Assembly (NCBI RefSeq): GCF_009914755.1
Contig: NC_060931.1
DNA from: the human T2T-CHM13v2.0 reference genome, Homo sapiens
Length of the DNA stretch: 64,000 bases
Strand: one strand, 5' to 3'
Below are positions 14,597 through 26,814 of the stretch, piece after piece. Below the pieces are notes generated by a model that did not search any database, was not told where the DNA came from, and worked only from the letters and a program-made list of their open reading frames with translations. How positions within the stretch are numbered: position 1 is the stretch's first letter; the number at the start of each line of letters is the position of its first letter. The position numbers and the translations under genes were made by a program.

Positions 14597-15777
14597 TTAC
14601 TGTGGAATTTTTGGGATCTAAGTTATGCTGAACAAAAAGTGGCAAGAATATATTTTAAATTTAATATAAAATAAATAAAACATATGAAAAATAAAAATAG
14701 AAAGTAAGCAACACAATTCTTTGCTGTTTGTTAAGCCTCATTACAGACACATCAGATTTAGGTGGCGTAGTGTGGCATCAAGGGCATGAATGATAAGAAA
14801 ACAGAGTCATCTGAGGGAAGAGGCCGTGGGGCAGAAGGCTGCCGTGGGTGTTCTGCTGAGCTCTGAAGCTTGGCCGGCAACAATGCTGTTCCCTGCAGGC
14901 TCCTGTTGCCTCAAGCGGGGCAGTGTGTGTGAGACCCACCTTCATGCTTCAGGAACACTGGCCAAGGCAGAAAAATAGATGGATGTATTCATGAGAGATT
15001 TTTAAACAAGTTGAATCCAGGCTGTTTCTGCTAAAGGCTAACGTAACCAGAACATTCAGCTGACAAGCATGTTCCATTTCCGAGTACCTGGGCTCACCAA
15101 GGGTGTACCCCAGTCTCCGCCCTCCACATGCAGGGCTGAGATGTCCACCCTCAGCAGCTCGAAAAGTGGCAGCTCTGCCGCCCTGACCTGGCACTGACGC
15201 AGCAGGCGGATGTTCCTGTGTCCCCTGCACTGACCTTCACTGCAAAGCTAACCCAGGTGAGTCCCAGTATTCACCAGCTCCTGGAGCCCAGAAACAAGTG
15301 GGCATTTCTAGAAGGTCAAGGAGCATCTATATGGAAAGACCTTTTCTCCTTAAGATCTCGGTGTCATCTCCTGCCCCTCTAATTCCACCCTTGTGAACAT
15401 AACCCGGGGGGGTCACTGAGGTGAGATCTGTCATGCAGAGGGAAGAATGTGGGTGATCATGGTGATCTGCAAAGCTCTCTTCTTTCCTGGTCTGTGAGAC
15501 GCTGCGTATCTGCAGCACCGCGACCCAGCACTCCTCTCCCTCCGTGTCCTGTGAACTCTCCCATGATGGTCGCACCCCAGCCACTCTGGCCTCCTTTCTG
15601 TTCTTCCAACCCAACGTGCTGGTGGAATTATCCTACTGGTTTGCAGCAAATGGGCCCCACACAACACTGAGAAGCTGGGAAATATTATTCTGTGCATCCC
15701 ACCCTGCTTACAGCAATGTCTGTTCCTCTCAGCACCTCATGCTGCCTCCTATGCGGGAAGCCAGGCCCTGTAACTGT

Positions 15778-17912
15778 CCTGCCCCTGCCTGCCCACACTG
15801 CCCGCCTTTCCACTCTTGCCCCTGCCTGCCCACATCGCCCGCCTTCTATTCCTGCCTCTCCCTGCCCACACCGCCCGCCTTTCTATTCCTGCCTCTCCCT
15901 GCCCACACCACCCGCCTTTCTATTCCTGCCTCTCCCTGCCCACACCACCCGCCTTTCTGCTCCTGCCTCTCCCTGCCCACACCACCTGCCTTTCTATTCC
16001 TGCCTCTCCCTGCCCACACCACCCGCCTTTCTATTCCTGTCTCTCCCTGCCCACACCGCCCGCCTTTCTATTCCTGCCTCTCCCTGCCCACACCGCCCGC
16101 CTTTCTATTCCTGCCTCTCCCTGCCCACACCACCCGCCTTTCTATTCCTGCCTCTCCCTGCCCACACCACCCGCCTTTCTGCTCCTGCCTCTCCCTGCCC
16201 ACACCGCCCGCCTTTCTATTCCTGCCTCTCCCTGCCCACACCACCCGCCTTTCTATTCCTGCCTCTCCCTGCCCACACCACCCGCCTTTCTATTCCTGCC
16301 TCTCCCTGCCCACACCGCCCGCCTTTCTATTCCTGCCTCTCCCTGCCCACACCACCCGCCTTTCTGCTCCTGCCTCTCCCTGCCCACACCACCTGCCTTT
16401 CTATTCCTGCCTCTCCCTGCCCACACCACTCGCCTTTCTGCTCCTGCCTCTCCCTGCCCACACCACCCGCCTTTCTATTCCTGTCTCTCCCTGCCCACAC
16501 CACCTGCCTTTCTATTCCTGCCTCTCCCTGCCCACACCACCCGCCTTTCTGCTCCTGCCTCTCCCTGCCCACACCGCCCGCCTTTCTATTCCTGCCTCTC
16601 CCTGCCCACACCACCCGCCTTTCTGCTCCTGCCTCTCCCTGCCCACACCGCCCGCCTTTCTATTCCTGCCTCTCCCTGCCCACACCACCCGCCTTTCTGC
16701 TCCTGCCTCTCCCTGCCCACACCGCCCGCCTTTCTATTCCTGCCTCTCCCTGCCCACACCACCCGCCTTTCTGCTCCTGCCTCTCCCTGCCCACACCACC
16801 CGCCTTTCTATTCCTGCCTCTCCCTGCCCACACCACCCGCCTTTCTGCTCCTGCCTCTCCCTGCCCACACCACCCGCCTTTCTATTCCTGCCTCTCCCTG
16901 CCCACACCACCCGCCTTTCTATTCCTGCCTCTCCCTGCCCACACCACCCGCCTTTCTGCTCCTGCCTCTCCCTGCCCACACCGCCCGCCTTTCTATTCCT
17001 GCCTCTCCCTGCCCACACCACCCGCCTTTCTGCTCCTGCCTCTCCCTGCCCACACCGCCCGCCTTTCTATTCCTGCCTCTCCCTGCCCACACCACCCGCC
17101 TTTCTATTCCTGCCTCTCCCTGCCCACACCACCCGCCTTTCTGCTCCTGCCTCTCCCTGCCCACACCGCCCGCCTTTCTATTCCTGCCTCTCCCTGCCCA
17201 CACCACCCGCCTTTCTGCTCCTGCCTCTCCCTGCCCACACCACCCGCCTTTCTATTCCTGCCTCTCCCTGCCCACACCACCCGCCTTTCTATTCCTGCCT
17301 CTCCCTGCCCACACCACCCGCCTTTCTGCTCCTGCCTCTCCCTGCCCACACCACCCGCCTTTCTATTCCTGCCTCTCCCTGCCCACACCGCCCGCCTTTC
17401 TATTCCTGCCCCTGCCCACACCACCCACCTTTCTATTCCTGCCTCTCCCTGCCCACACCACCCGCCTTTCTATTCCTGCCTCTCCCTGCCCACACCGCCC
17501 GCCTTTCTATTCCTGCCTCTCCCTGCCCACACCGCCCGCCTTTCTATTCCTGCCTCTCCCTGCCCACACCGCCCGCCTTTCTATTCCTGCCCCTGCCCAC
17601 ACCGCCCGCCTTTCTATTCCTGCCCCTCCCTGCCCACACCACCCGCCTTTCTATTCCTGCCCCTGCCCACACCGCCCGCCTTTCTGCTCCTGCCCCTCCC
17701 TGCCCACACCGCCCGCCTTTCTGCTCCTGCCCCTGCCTGCCCACACCACCCGCCTTTCTATTCCTGCCTCTCCCTGCCCACACCTCCCGCCTTTCTGCTC
17801 CTGCCCCTGCCTGCCCACACCACCCGCCTTTCTATTCCTGCCTCTCCCTGCCCACATCACCCGCCTTTCTGCTCCTGCCCCTGCCTGCCCACACCGCCCA
17901 CCTTTCTGCTCC
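15778..17912. repeat. 37-bp VNTR (~58 copies), consensus CCTGCCTCTCCCTGCCCACACC(A/G)CCCGCCTTTCT(AT/GC)T
   Basis: Direct periodicity, with a few shortened units near the 3' end; explains the 888/776/725-aa ORFs. Confidence 0.98.
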
Positions 17913-18291
17913 TCACCGCACGTCCTACTCCAGGCGATCTGCAGGCAGCCTCTTACTCTGCCTGTGGTGGGGTGGTGGTGGTGGGTGGTATGAGCCACGC
18001 CCTCCCCTTCAGGGACAGATGAGAGCTTCAGGAGGTGAAATACTCCCCCGCCCCCTCCTTCTTCCCTCTTGTTTCCTTTCCCTTCTTTCTTCCTTCTCCC
18101 CAATCTTCCTCCCTCCCTCCCTTGCTAGCTGCATTCTTTCCTTCCTTCCTGCCACAAATATTTACTGCACATCTCCTTTGCACCAGCTACCTTTGAAGGC
18201 GCAGAGATAAATCCATGAGTAAAGTCCTTGCTTTTGTGTAACTTCCATCTATGTTAGAAGGAACAGGAAACAAATAAAAACCATGAATGCA

Positions 18292-18725
<434 letters not shown>

Positions 18726-18901
18726 TCAGCAGAGGCCTGAGGGAGGTGAGCATGGGCCTAGTGGGGCCTGGGAAGCTGTCTTCAGGCAGGAGTAGCAGTG
18801 AGCACTAAGGCCGTGGGCAGAAGCTGCCTGGCGTGTTGGGTTGGAAGAACAGACAGGAGGCCAAAGTGTCCAGAATGCAGCCCCACGTGGAGAGTTCACA
18901 G

Positions 18902-20016
18902 TGATATGGGAGTGCTGGGAAGGGGAGAGCTGGTCCCTTTAAATGATATAGAAGTGTGAAGGGAAGTGCTGGGTTGAGGAAGGCAGGTCCCTGGCTGGGG
19001 CTCCATCTCCACAGACCTAGGTGAGGACAGGCACTCCTGCCTTCACCACCAAATGCTGCATTTCCCAAGACCACCCTGGCCCCTACCACACTCCCATCCT
19101 GTGCCTATAAAAACCCCCAAGACCCTGGCAGGCACACACACAAGTGGCTGGATGTCAAGAGGAGCACGTTGGCAAAAGAGCAGACCAACAGACACCAGCA
19201 TGCCAGCAGGCCACCGACTGGTGGGACAAGAGCAGACCGACAGACACCAGCACGCCAGCAGGCCACCAACCAGTGGGACAAGAGCAGACCAACAGACACC
19301 AGCACGCCAGCAGGCCACCGACTGATGGGATAAGAGCAGACCGACAGACACCAGCACGTCAGCAGGCCACCAACCAGTGGGACAAGAGCAGACCGACAGA
19401 CACCAGCATGCCAGCAGGCCACCGACTGGGGGGACAAGAGCAGACCGACAGACACCAGCACGCCAGCAGGCCACCGACTGGGGGGACAAGAGCAGACCGA
19501 CAGACACCAGCATACCATCGACCAGCGGAACGATGCCGAGTGTGGCCGGGGCAGTCTGAGGAGAGCCCAGGCCATCAAGCATTCGGACTCCAGGGGAAAA
19601 TCATCTCCCTTCTGGCTCCCCCATCTGCTGAGAGCTACTTCTACTCAAAACAACCTTGCACTTACTCTCCAAGCCCACATATGATCTGATTCTTCCAGTA
19701 CACTAAGGCAAGAACCCAGCATTCAGAAAGCCCTCTGTCCTTGTGATAAGGAAGGGGTCTGATTGAGCTGACTAACACAAGCCACCTATAGACGGCAAAA
19801 TTAAAGGAGCGAAACCAAAAGAGCACCCTGTAACACATGCCCACTGGGGCTTTAGGAGCTGTAAACATTCACCCCTAGACACTGCCATGGGGTCTGAGCC
19901 CACAGCCCACCCGTCTGTCAGCTCCCCTAGAGGTTTGAGCAGCGGGGCACTGAAGAAGCGAGCCACTCCCCCATCGCACGCCCTGTGAGGGGAATAAGGG
20001 AACTTTTCCCGTTTCA
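18902..20016 (+). mobile_element. Solo ERV1 LTR, LTR1-family-like, with an internal tandem expansion
   Basis: TG...CA termini (tgatatggg ... ttttcccgtttca), 4-bp TSD ACAG (18898-18901, 20017-20020), TATAAAA at 19106. Family assignment from recalled consensus. Confidence 0.8.
19173..19520. repeat. 52-bp minisatellite (~6.5 copies) inside the LTR
   Basis: GACAAGAGCAGACCGACAGACACCAGCACGCCAGCAGGCCACCGACTGGTGG recurring at 19173, 19225, 19277, 19329, 19381, 19433, 19485. Confidence 0.95.
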
Positions 20017-20609
20017 ACAGGACACGGAGGGAGAGGAGTGGTGGGTGGGGGTGCCACAGATATGCAGGGTCTTGCAGACCAGGCAAACAGCTTTGATTTT
20101 TACTGAGTGTGATGAGAAGCCCGTGGTGTGCTCTGAGCAGTGGGATATCATCTGATTGACAAATTTACAAGAACCACTCTGCAGGCCTGAGACAAGGTCA
20201 GAGGCAGGAGGCCAGGTCTGGTCAGATCTGGTTAGGGGTGGTGGTCGGGGGGACAGAGAGCAGCCGGCTGGTGGGGAGGAGGGGGCACCCTGGGTGTGCT
20301 CGCTCGGAAGGCAGGTACAGCAGGGTCTGCCAACAGACTGGACATGGGGGGACAGAAAGAAAAGGACCTAAATGGATAGTGGCCCCACAGCCATGCTGTA
20401 GGAACCATGGGAGGGTTCGTTCAAGGTGTGGGGTCCGGGCTGGGCTGGGAGGCCCTCAGGAGCCCGGCAGGCACCCACACTGCCATGTTTGGTCTTGTGC
20501 CAGTGCAGGTGGGATGAGAGTCCTGCTGGTCACAGGCAGGGAATGTCAGGGCAGAAACCCTAAAAGATTCACTGCCTTCCAGAAAAGGCAGCGTAACGCA
20601 GAGACAGGT

Positions 20610-20812
20610 GTTCTCCGGAGTCAGCCAAACCGGGCTCAAACTCCACCCCACCATTCACCACAGTTGGGACTCGGGGAAACCCATCCAGCCTCTTCCAGCC
20701 TCATGAGCCCTCTGTGTGAAACTGAATCAATAACTCCCACTCGAATGGGTTGCTGAGAAAATGAAATATAGTAAGTGTGTTGTCTACTACCTGCTAATGC
20801 TCAGTATTTGTT
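20610..20812 (+). mobile_element. MIR remnant
   Basis: ggagtcagccaaaccgggctcaaactcc...ctgtgtgaaactgaatcaataac...gggttgctgagaaaatgaaat resembles the MIR core. Confidence 0.55.
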
Positions 20813-21816
20813 GACAGGAAGTTGTGTCCCCTCTTCTAACACCGCTGTAACATTTAACAACTCAGAAAAACTCTCTCTTATGGCTGCTACGCATCCCTTT
20901 TCCTTTGACTCCCTTTGGTTCGAGTCTTGTTAAATGGATGGGAGAGCAGAAATACAACTGCCCTGAAATAAAACTTCATGTTCTTTATGGTAAAGATCAG
21001 AGAACAGGAGGCATTTTCAGTGGGCCTCTTAGAATCACTATAATAGGAAACATCCACCTTCAAAATGGAATAATAAAGTACAATTCCAAAAACTACTTCC
21101 CCTCATCTGAAAAAGAAACTTTTTAGGTTATCATTAATGAAAAATAACTTTAAAAAAAATCATAAGTATATAAGAGAAAATTCTAAGTTGCTGGGCAGCT
21201 TATGGGAGAACAGTTAATGCGTACTAGGGATCCCCTCCCATGTAACCTCTACAAACCACACACACAGCATTTTATGAACATGCTGAGTTATCTCAGAAGC
21301 ATCCACTACCTGCCATTTGAAGATGAAGAGAAATGAGGAAGTATGTTTTGCAGCATCCAGTGAGCCCTGGTGGGTTGAAGAAGGGCGGCAGCACAGAGCA
21401 CAGATAACAAGAATATCAAAGTAAAACGTTGTGTTCCATCAACTGCACCACGTAATTCTGCAATCTGGCCAGTTCATAATGACATTTTAAGTAGCTTTCA
21501 GTGCTCCAACTGGGCTCTCATAAGGCAATTACACAAAATGTCAGGATATTAAATGTGTAAAGCCTGGAGTAAGAGATCAGCTCACATGACTCTGCATTCT
21601 CAACTGCCACAGCCAGGCCTATTGAAATTATATGTCATTGTAGGGCCTTCCAAACAAAATGGTACAAGCTTTAAACAATCAGCAACAGCCTGCAGATAAC
21701 CTCGCCACAACATTGTTTTCACAAAGACAATGGGAATCATGCACAACAGCTTTTGCTCCTAAGTGCCTTTACAACCATGTATATATGAAGGTACACAGTT
21801 AGCCACATCTGAACAC

Positions 21817-22470
21817 CCATCATCACCATCAGTAGCACCACCATCACCAACACCATCATCACCATCATCATCACCATCACCATCATCATCACCATCACCA
21901 TCATCACCAATGCCATCATCACCATCACCATCAGCACTATCATCACCATCAACACCATCATCATCATTGCCATCATCACCATCACCATCATCACCATCAA
22001 CACTATCATAACCATCAACACCATCATCATCACCATCATCACCATCAACACTATCATCATCATCACCAATTCCATCATCATCATCACCATCAACACTATC
22101 AACACCATCATCATTGCCATCACCAACGCCATCATCACCATCAACACTATCATCACCATCATCACCACCATCATCATCGCCAACATCACCAATGCCATCA
22201 TCACCATCACCATCAGCACTATCATCACCATCATCACCATCATCATCACCATCACCATCAACACTATCATCACCATCATCACCACCGTCATCATTGCCAT
22301 CATCACCATCACCAGTGCCATCATCACCATCACCATCAGCACTATCATCACCGTCAACACCATCATCACCATCACCATCATCACCATCACCATCATCATC
22401 ACCATCAACACTATCATTACCATCATCAACACCATCATCATCACCACCATCATCACCATCACCCACCATC
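21817..22470. repeat. Degenerate (CAT/CAC)n trinucleotide repeat
   Basis: catcaccatcatcaccat... for ~650 bp; source of the poly-M/V, D/G and S/P ORFs. Confidence 0.97.
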
Positions 22471-23507
22471 ATGGGGAATGGACTGTGCTCCTTTGGTTTA
22501 GAGGACATACAGCCCATTTAATTGCTGGGGTCCAAAACTTGGGTATTTGCAGAGGATTCAGGTAAATTCAGTAGGAGCTCATTATCGCATTCTCTCCTCA
22601 TTTGGGCTTCCACAGGGAGAAACTGACATAATCATATGCCAGCATGTTGTCTATTTTCACTGGAAACAACACAAGTGTAGTAAAATATATTCTGCTTCCA
22701 ATATGAGGGGGTAAGGAATCACAGCTGAGTAGTGTGCATCTCTCCCTGACTAATGAAAAGTGCCCATGCTGCAGCCTGGGATGAAGCTTCTCCTGCACTG
22801 TCATGCCGCAATATTTTGCACTCACAGGGCTCAGCATTCACCCAGTCTGACACTTTCTCTATTGAATGCAATACTGAGGCAAAGAAGAAAAAAATATATC
22901 CAATTAGCTCTGGCATTAATGACATGACTTCAGTGGGGTGTGGGGATTGGCAGTCAAATGGCTTTCTAAAGACTGCTTCCTTTAGGTTCATGTTAGTGTG
23001 AGTTTGCACACTCAGAACGTGAACTGACGGACGACAGGTAACGCAGCTCACCGTGGACTGGGTGGCAGGTAAGACCAGAAGAGAAAATGTTTTACAGATG
23101 TCAGAGGGTTGGGACTTCGGAGCTGCCCACATTCGCTAAATGAGCTAAGCCGACATCTGCAGAAACGCCCTCGTAATGGGAACAGTTACCTCGAAAAGTT
23201 CTAGAAATGCCGGTGGAGAGGGCAGGTGAACACACAGCTGCAGTCAGACGCTCGGCATGATCAGACCCAAAGCAAACCAACTGCTGCATAGAACGCCCTG
23301 GGGCTTCGAGCCCCCAGTTCCAGCCTGTGACGCACTCACCCGTGGGAAGGGGAAAGGCTCCCCCAGTGCCTTCCCTACACCTGCCCTGTGCCCTCAGAGT
23401 GGAAGCATCACCATGTAATCAGCGGTCTCCATTAACCACCAGCGTTCAGGTTGGAACTGGGGAGATTTGGAAAAGTGACAGGAAGGATGACATCATATGC
23501 AGAGGAT

Positions 23508-23845
23508 GCTTATACAGCGGAGAGCACCCCTGTTCCATGTGGCTCTGGAAGGCCTCCCCATTGTGCTAACACAGCGGACAGCACCCCTGTACCATGTGGC
23601 TCTGGAAGGCCTCCCCATTGTGCTAACACAGTGGAGAGCACCCCTGTTCCATGTGGCTCTGAAAGGCCTACCCATTGTGCTTACACAGCGGACAGCACCC
23701 CCGTTCCATGTAGCTCTGGAAGGCCTCCCCATTGTGCTTACACAGCGGACAGCACGCCTGTTCCATGTGGCTCTGGAAGGCCTCCCCATTGTGCTAACAC
23801 AGCAGAGAGCACCCCTGTTCCATGTGGCTCTGGAAGGCCTCCCCC
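23508..23845. repeat. 57-bp minisatellite (~6 copies)
   Basis: AGCACCCCTGTTCCATGTGGCTCTGGAAGGCCTCCCCATTGTGCTAACACAGCGGAC at 23523, 23580, 23637 and onward. Confidence 0.95.
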
Positions 23846-25124
23846 TTGGAGCCATGGCAGAAGGTGGTGGGAGGAAAACCTCAGGGGTTGGGCAGTGACA
23901 GTGAGGTGCCTTTAGGTGCCCTGCCAATTCCTAGTCAGACAGAGGCAAATTTCAACCCAATTCTCAAAGTAAAAATCTTTCCAGCAAATGCAGCTGGCTT
24001 ACAGCAGCATGGACCTGGCAGGAAAGCAGTGACCTCAGAGGTGTTTAAGCAGAGTCTGTAAGGACATCAGCCAAACACCGGGGAAGAGATTTCTCACATG
24101 GGGGCAGTTTATGACTCTTACTTCTCCCAAATCTGAAAGCAGTGACTCTGCACTAGTGCAGAAGTCGGGGAGCCTCCTCCCCCTGGGAGAAGACATGAGC
24201 TGGGTGGAGCCGAGCAGTGCAGGTCCGGGACTGCCAGCCACACGCAGGTCCGAGGCTGCCAGCCACACACGGCCGCTGCCACCCCGCACTGGGCGCATCC
24301 ACGTCAGGGTTGCTGAGCAGGTGGGTGTGTCCTCAAGGTGCAGTGAGACGAACCCTGTTCCCGCTATATAAGCCACAGAGTGACCCCCCCAGCACCCCGG
24401 GTGCCCTCTCCTGCGCCTGCTCCCCTGGGAGAGAGTGCGCTGCTGCTGACTCCACGGTGTGCTGACACACAGGAAGAAAGGCCTCAGGCAGTGCACACTG
24501 AGCCCGGGACTGTTTCGCTAGGATGAAAGGCACTTTGATAACATAGGTGCCTTCTCCTCCTGCTTTAGAGGGTGCTCGTGAACTCCAGCCAGGGGCATGG
24601 ATCCGAGATTAACAATTTATCAGTGGCTTCCTCCTGGAGCAGCCTGTGAGAGGTGGCCTCTGTGTGCCAGTGATTAGGTGGCCAATTCTCTTCTAATTTT
24701 TTTTTTTTAAGCCAAGAGGCGTGCTTGGGTTTAGAGCACTGAGCAGCACTGGGATGCATTCAAATATGAATGAATTTCTTCAAAAACGAAAAGGCAGCAG
24801 GTGCTTCCTTTCAAGTGAAAATGACCCCAAAAGTGTGGGTATATTTTCTCCAAAGTGACAGAAGCATTGGTATCAGTTTTTTCTGTGTTATAATCTACTG
24901 CTGTCACCGTGAAAAGTCAAAGCTTTGGTTCAGTGCCCTCCTGAGACTGGGCTGCGGGGAACACGCCCTTCTCTGTGAGGGTTTTCAGGCTGGGATTCCC
25001 ACCACCAACACGACAAGGAAGTGGGCACCCCACCAGCCAACGCAGGACCTCAGGGTCACGGAAGGCTCGAAGGAGAAGAGGACCAGAACACGCTTATTTT
25101 GGATGAGGGGAGAGAACTGGGAGC

Positions 25125-26276
25125 GGAGCCCATGTGATTGGCCAGGACTTCGCAAGTGCTTTCTGAGTGAATGAGTGAACTCAGGAGAATCAGGAGCCCG
25201 TGTGATTGGCCGGGACTTCGCAAGTGCTTTCTGAATGAATGAGTGAACTCGGGAGAATCAGGAGCCCGTGTGATTGGCCGGGACTTCGCAAGTGCTTTCT
25301 GAATGAATGAGTGAACGCGGGAGAATCAGGAGCCCGTGTGATTGGCCGGGACTTCGCAAGTGCTTTCTGAATGAATGAGTGAACTCGGGAGAATCAGGAG
25401 CCCGTGTGATTGGCCGGGACTTCGCAAGTGCTTTCTGAATGAATGAGTGAACTCGGGAGAATCAGGAGCCCGTGTGATTGGCCGGGACTTCGCAAGTGCT
25501 TCCTGAATGAATGAGTGAACGCGGGAGAATCAGGAGCCCGTGTGATTGGCCGGGACTTCGCAAGTGCTTTCTGAGTCAATGAGTGAACGCGGGAGAATCA
25601 GGAGCCCGTGTGATTGGCCGGGACTTCGCAAGTGCTTTCTGAATGAATGAGTGAACGCGGGAGAATCAGGAGCCCGTGTGATTGGCCGGGACTTCGCAAG
25701 TGCTTTCTGAGTGAATGAGTGAACGCGGGAGAATCAGGAGCCCGTGTGATTGGCCGGGACTTCGCAAGGGCTTCCTGAATGAATGAGTGAACGCGGGAGA
25801 ATCAGGAGCCCGTGTGATTGGCCGGGACTTCGCAAGGGCTTCCTGAATGAATGAGTGAACGCGGGAGAATCAGGAGCCCGTGTGATTGGCCGGGACTTCG
25901 CAAGGGCTTCCTGAATGAATGAGTGAACGCGGGAGAATCAGGAGCCCGTGTGATTGGCCGGGACTTCGCAAGGGCTTCCTGAATGAATGAGTGAACTCGG
26001 GAGAATCAGGAGCCCGTGTGATTGGCCGGGACTTCGCAAGGGCTTCCTGAATGAATGAGTGAACTCGGGAGAATCAGGAGCCCGTGTGATTGGCCGGGAC
26101 TTCGCAAGGGCTTCCTGAATGAATGAGTGAACTCGGGAGAATCAGGAGCCCGTGTGATTGGCCGGGACTTTGCAAGTGCTTCCTGAATGAATGAGTGAAC
26201 ACGGGAGAATCAGGAGCCCGTGTGATTGGCCGGGACTTTGCAAGTGCTTTCTGAATGAATGAGTGAACTTGGGAAT
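25125..26276. repeat. 68-bp VNTR (~17 copies)
   Basis: GGAGCCCGTGTGATTGGCCGGGACTTCGCAAGTGCTTTCTGAATGAATGAGTGAACTCGGGAGAATCA repeated head to tail. Confidence 0.98.
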
Positions 26277-26814
26277 AACCACGCGAAGCGTTGCATGGCT
26301 GCAGAGTTGCACGGCCGGCAGCAGAAACAAGTTCTTCCAGCTTCCACATGAGTTTCCCAGTGCACTTCCCACATGAACACCACGGGCCCCATCTTAGGAC
26401 AGAGGCTGGCTGGGTGGAGACCCGTGATTACCTTGTCCATACAAGCGATAGTATAATAAGACACCTGAATAGAAGAAATATCAGGTATGTTGGGATGAGG
26501 TTGCAATGTGAAATTCAGAACCAAAAGTCAGCCGTCATGATGTGAATTAGGGACTTGTAATTCCCATCCAGGCTCTGGAGGGCGCAGAACCAAGATGATG
26601 AAAGAAAGGGTTCTAACAGGTTGGTTACCGGTTTTGTTTCCCGTTCAGTGTGGCTGGTGTTTGATCAATGAGCAAGGATTACAACAGTGGACACCCCACA
26701 CATTATTTGTCATTGGTTCATTTAGAAAACGGTGTCTGATGCATCTCCTAAAGTGATTTCCAAAACGCTTTTGCTGTCATCAGAGTCTTGAGCTGAAAGT
26801 ATGGCATTACACAA

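Noticed and set aside
15544-18210. 888-, 776- and 725-aa ORFs as protein-coding genes
   Set aside because: All three frames are open only because the 37-bp unit lacks stop codons; the peptides are permutations of each other and antisense to PTPRN2.
21737-22521. Poly-Met/Val, Asp/Gly and Ser/Pro ORFs
   Set aside because: Translations of a (CAT/CAC)n repeat; no splice or gene context.
23451-23927. ORFs with 19-aa repeats
   Set aside because: Result of a 57-bp (multiple of 3) minisatellite; open on both strands with no exon evidence.
25125-26276. CRISPR-like regular array
   Set aside because: Units are head-to-tail with no unique spacers, in a mammalian intron. The same applies to all other arrays here.
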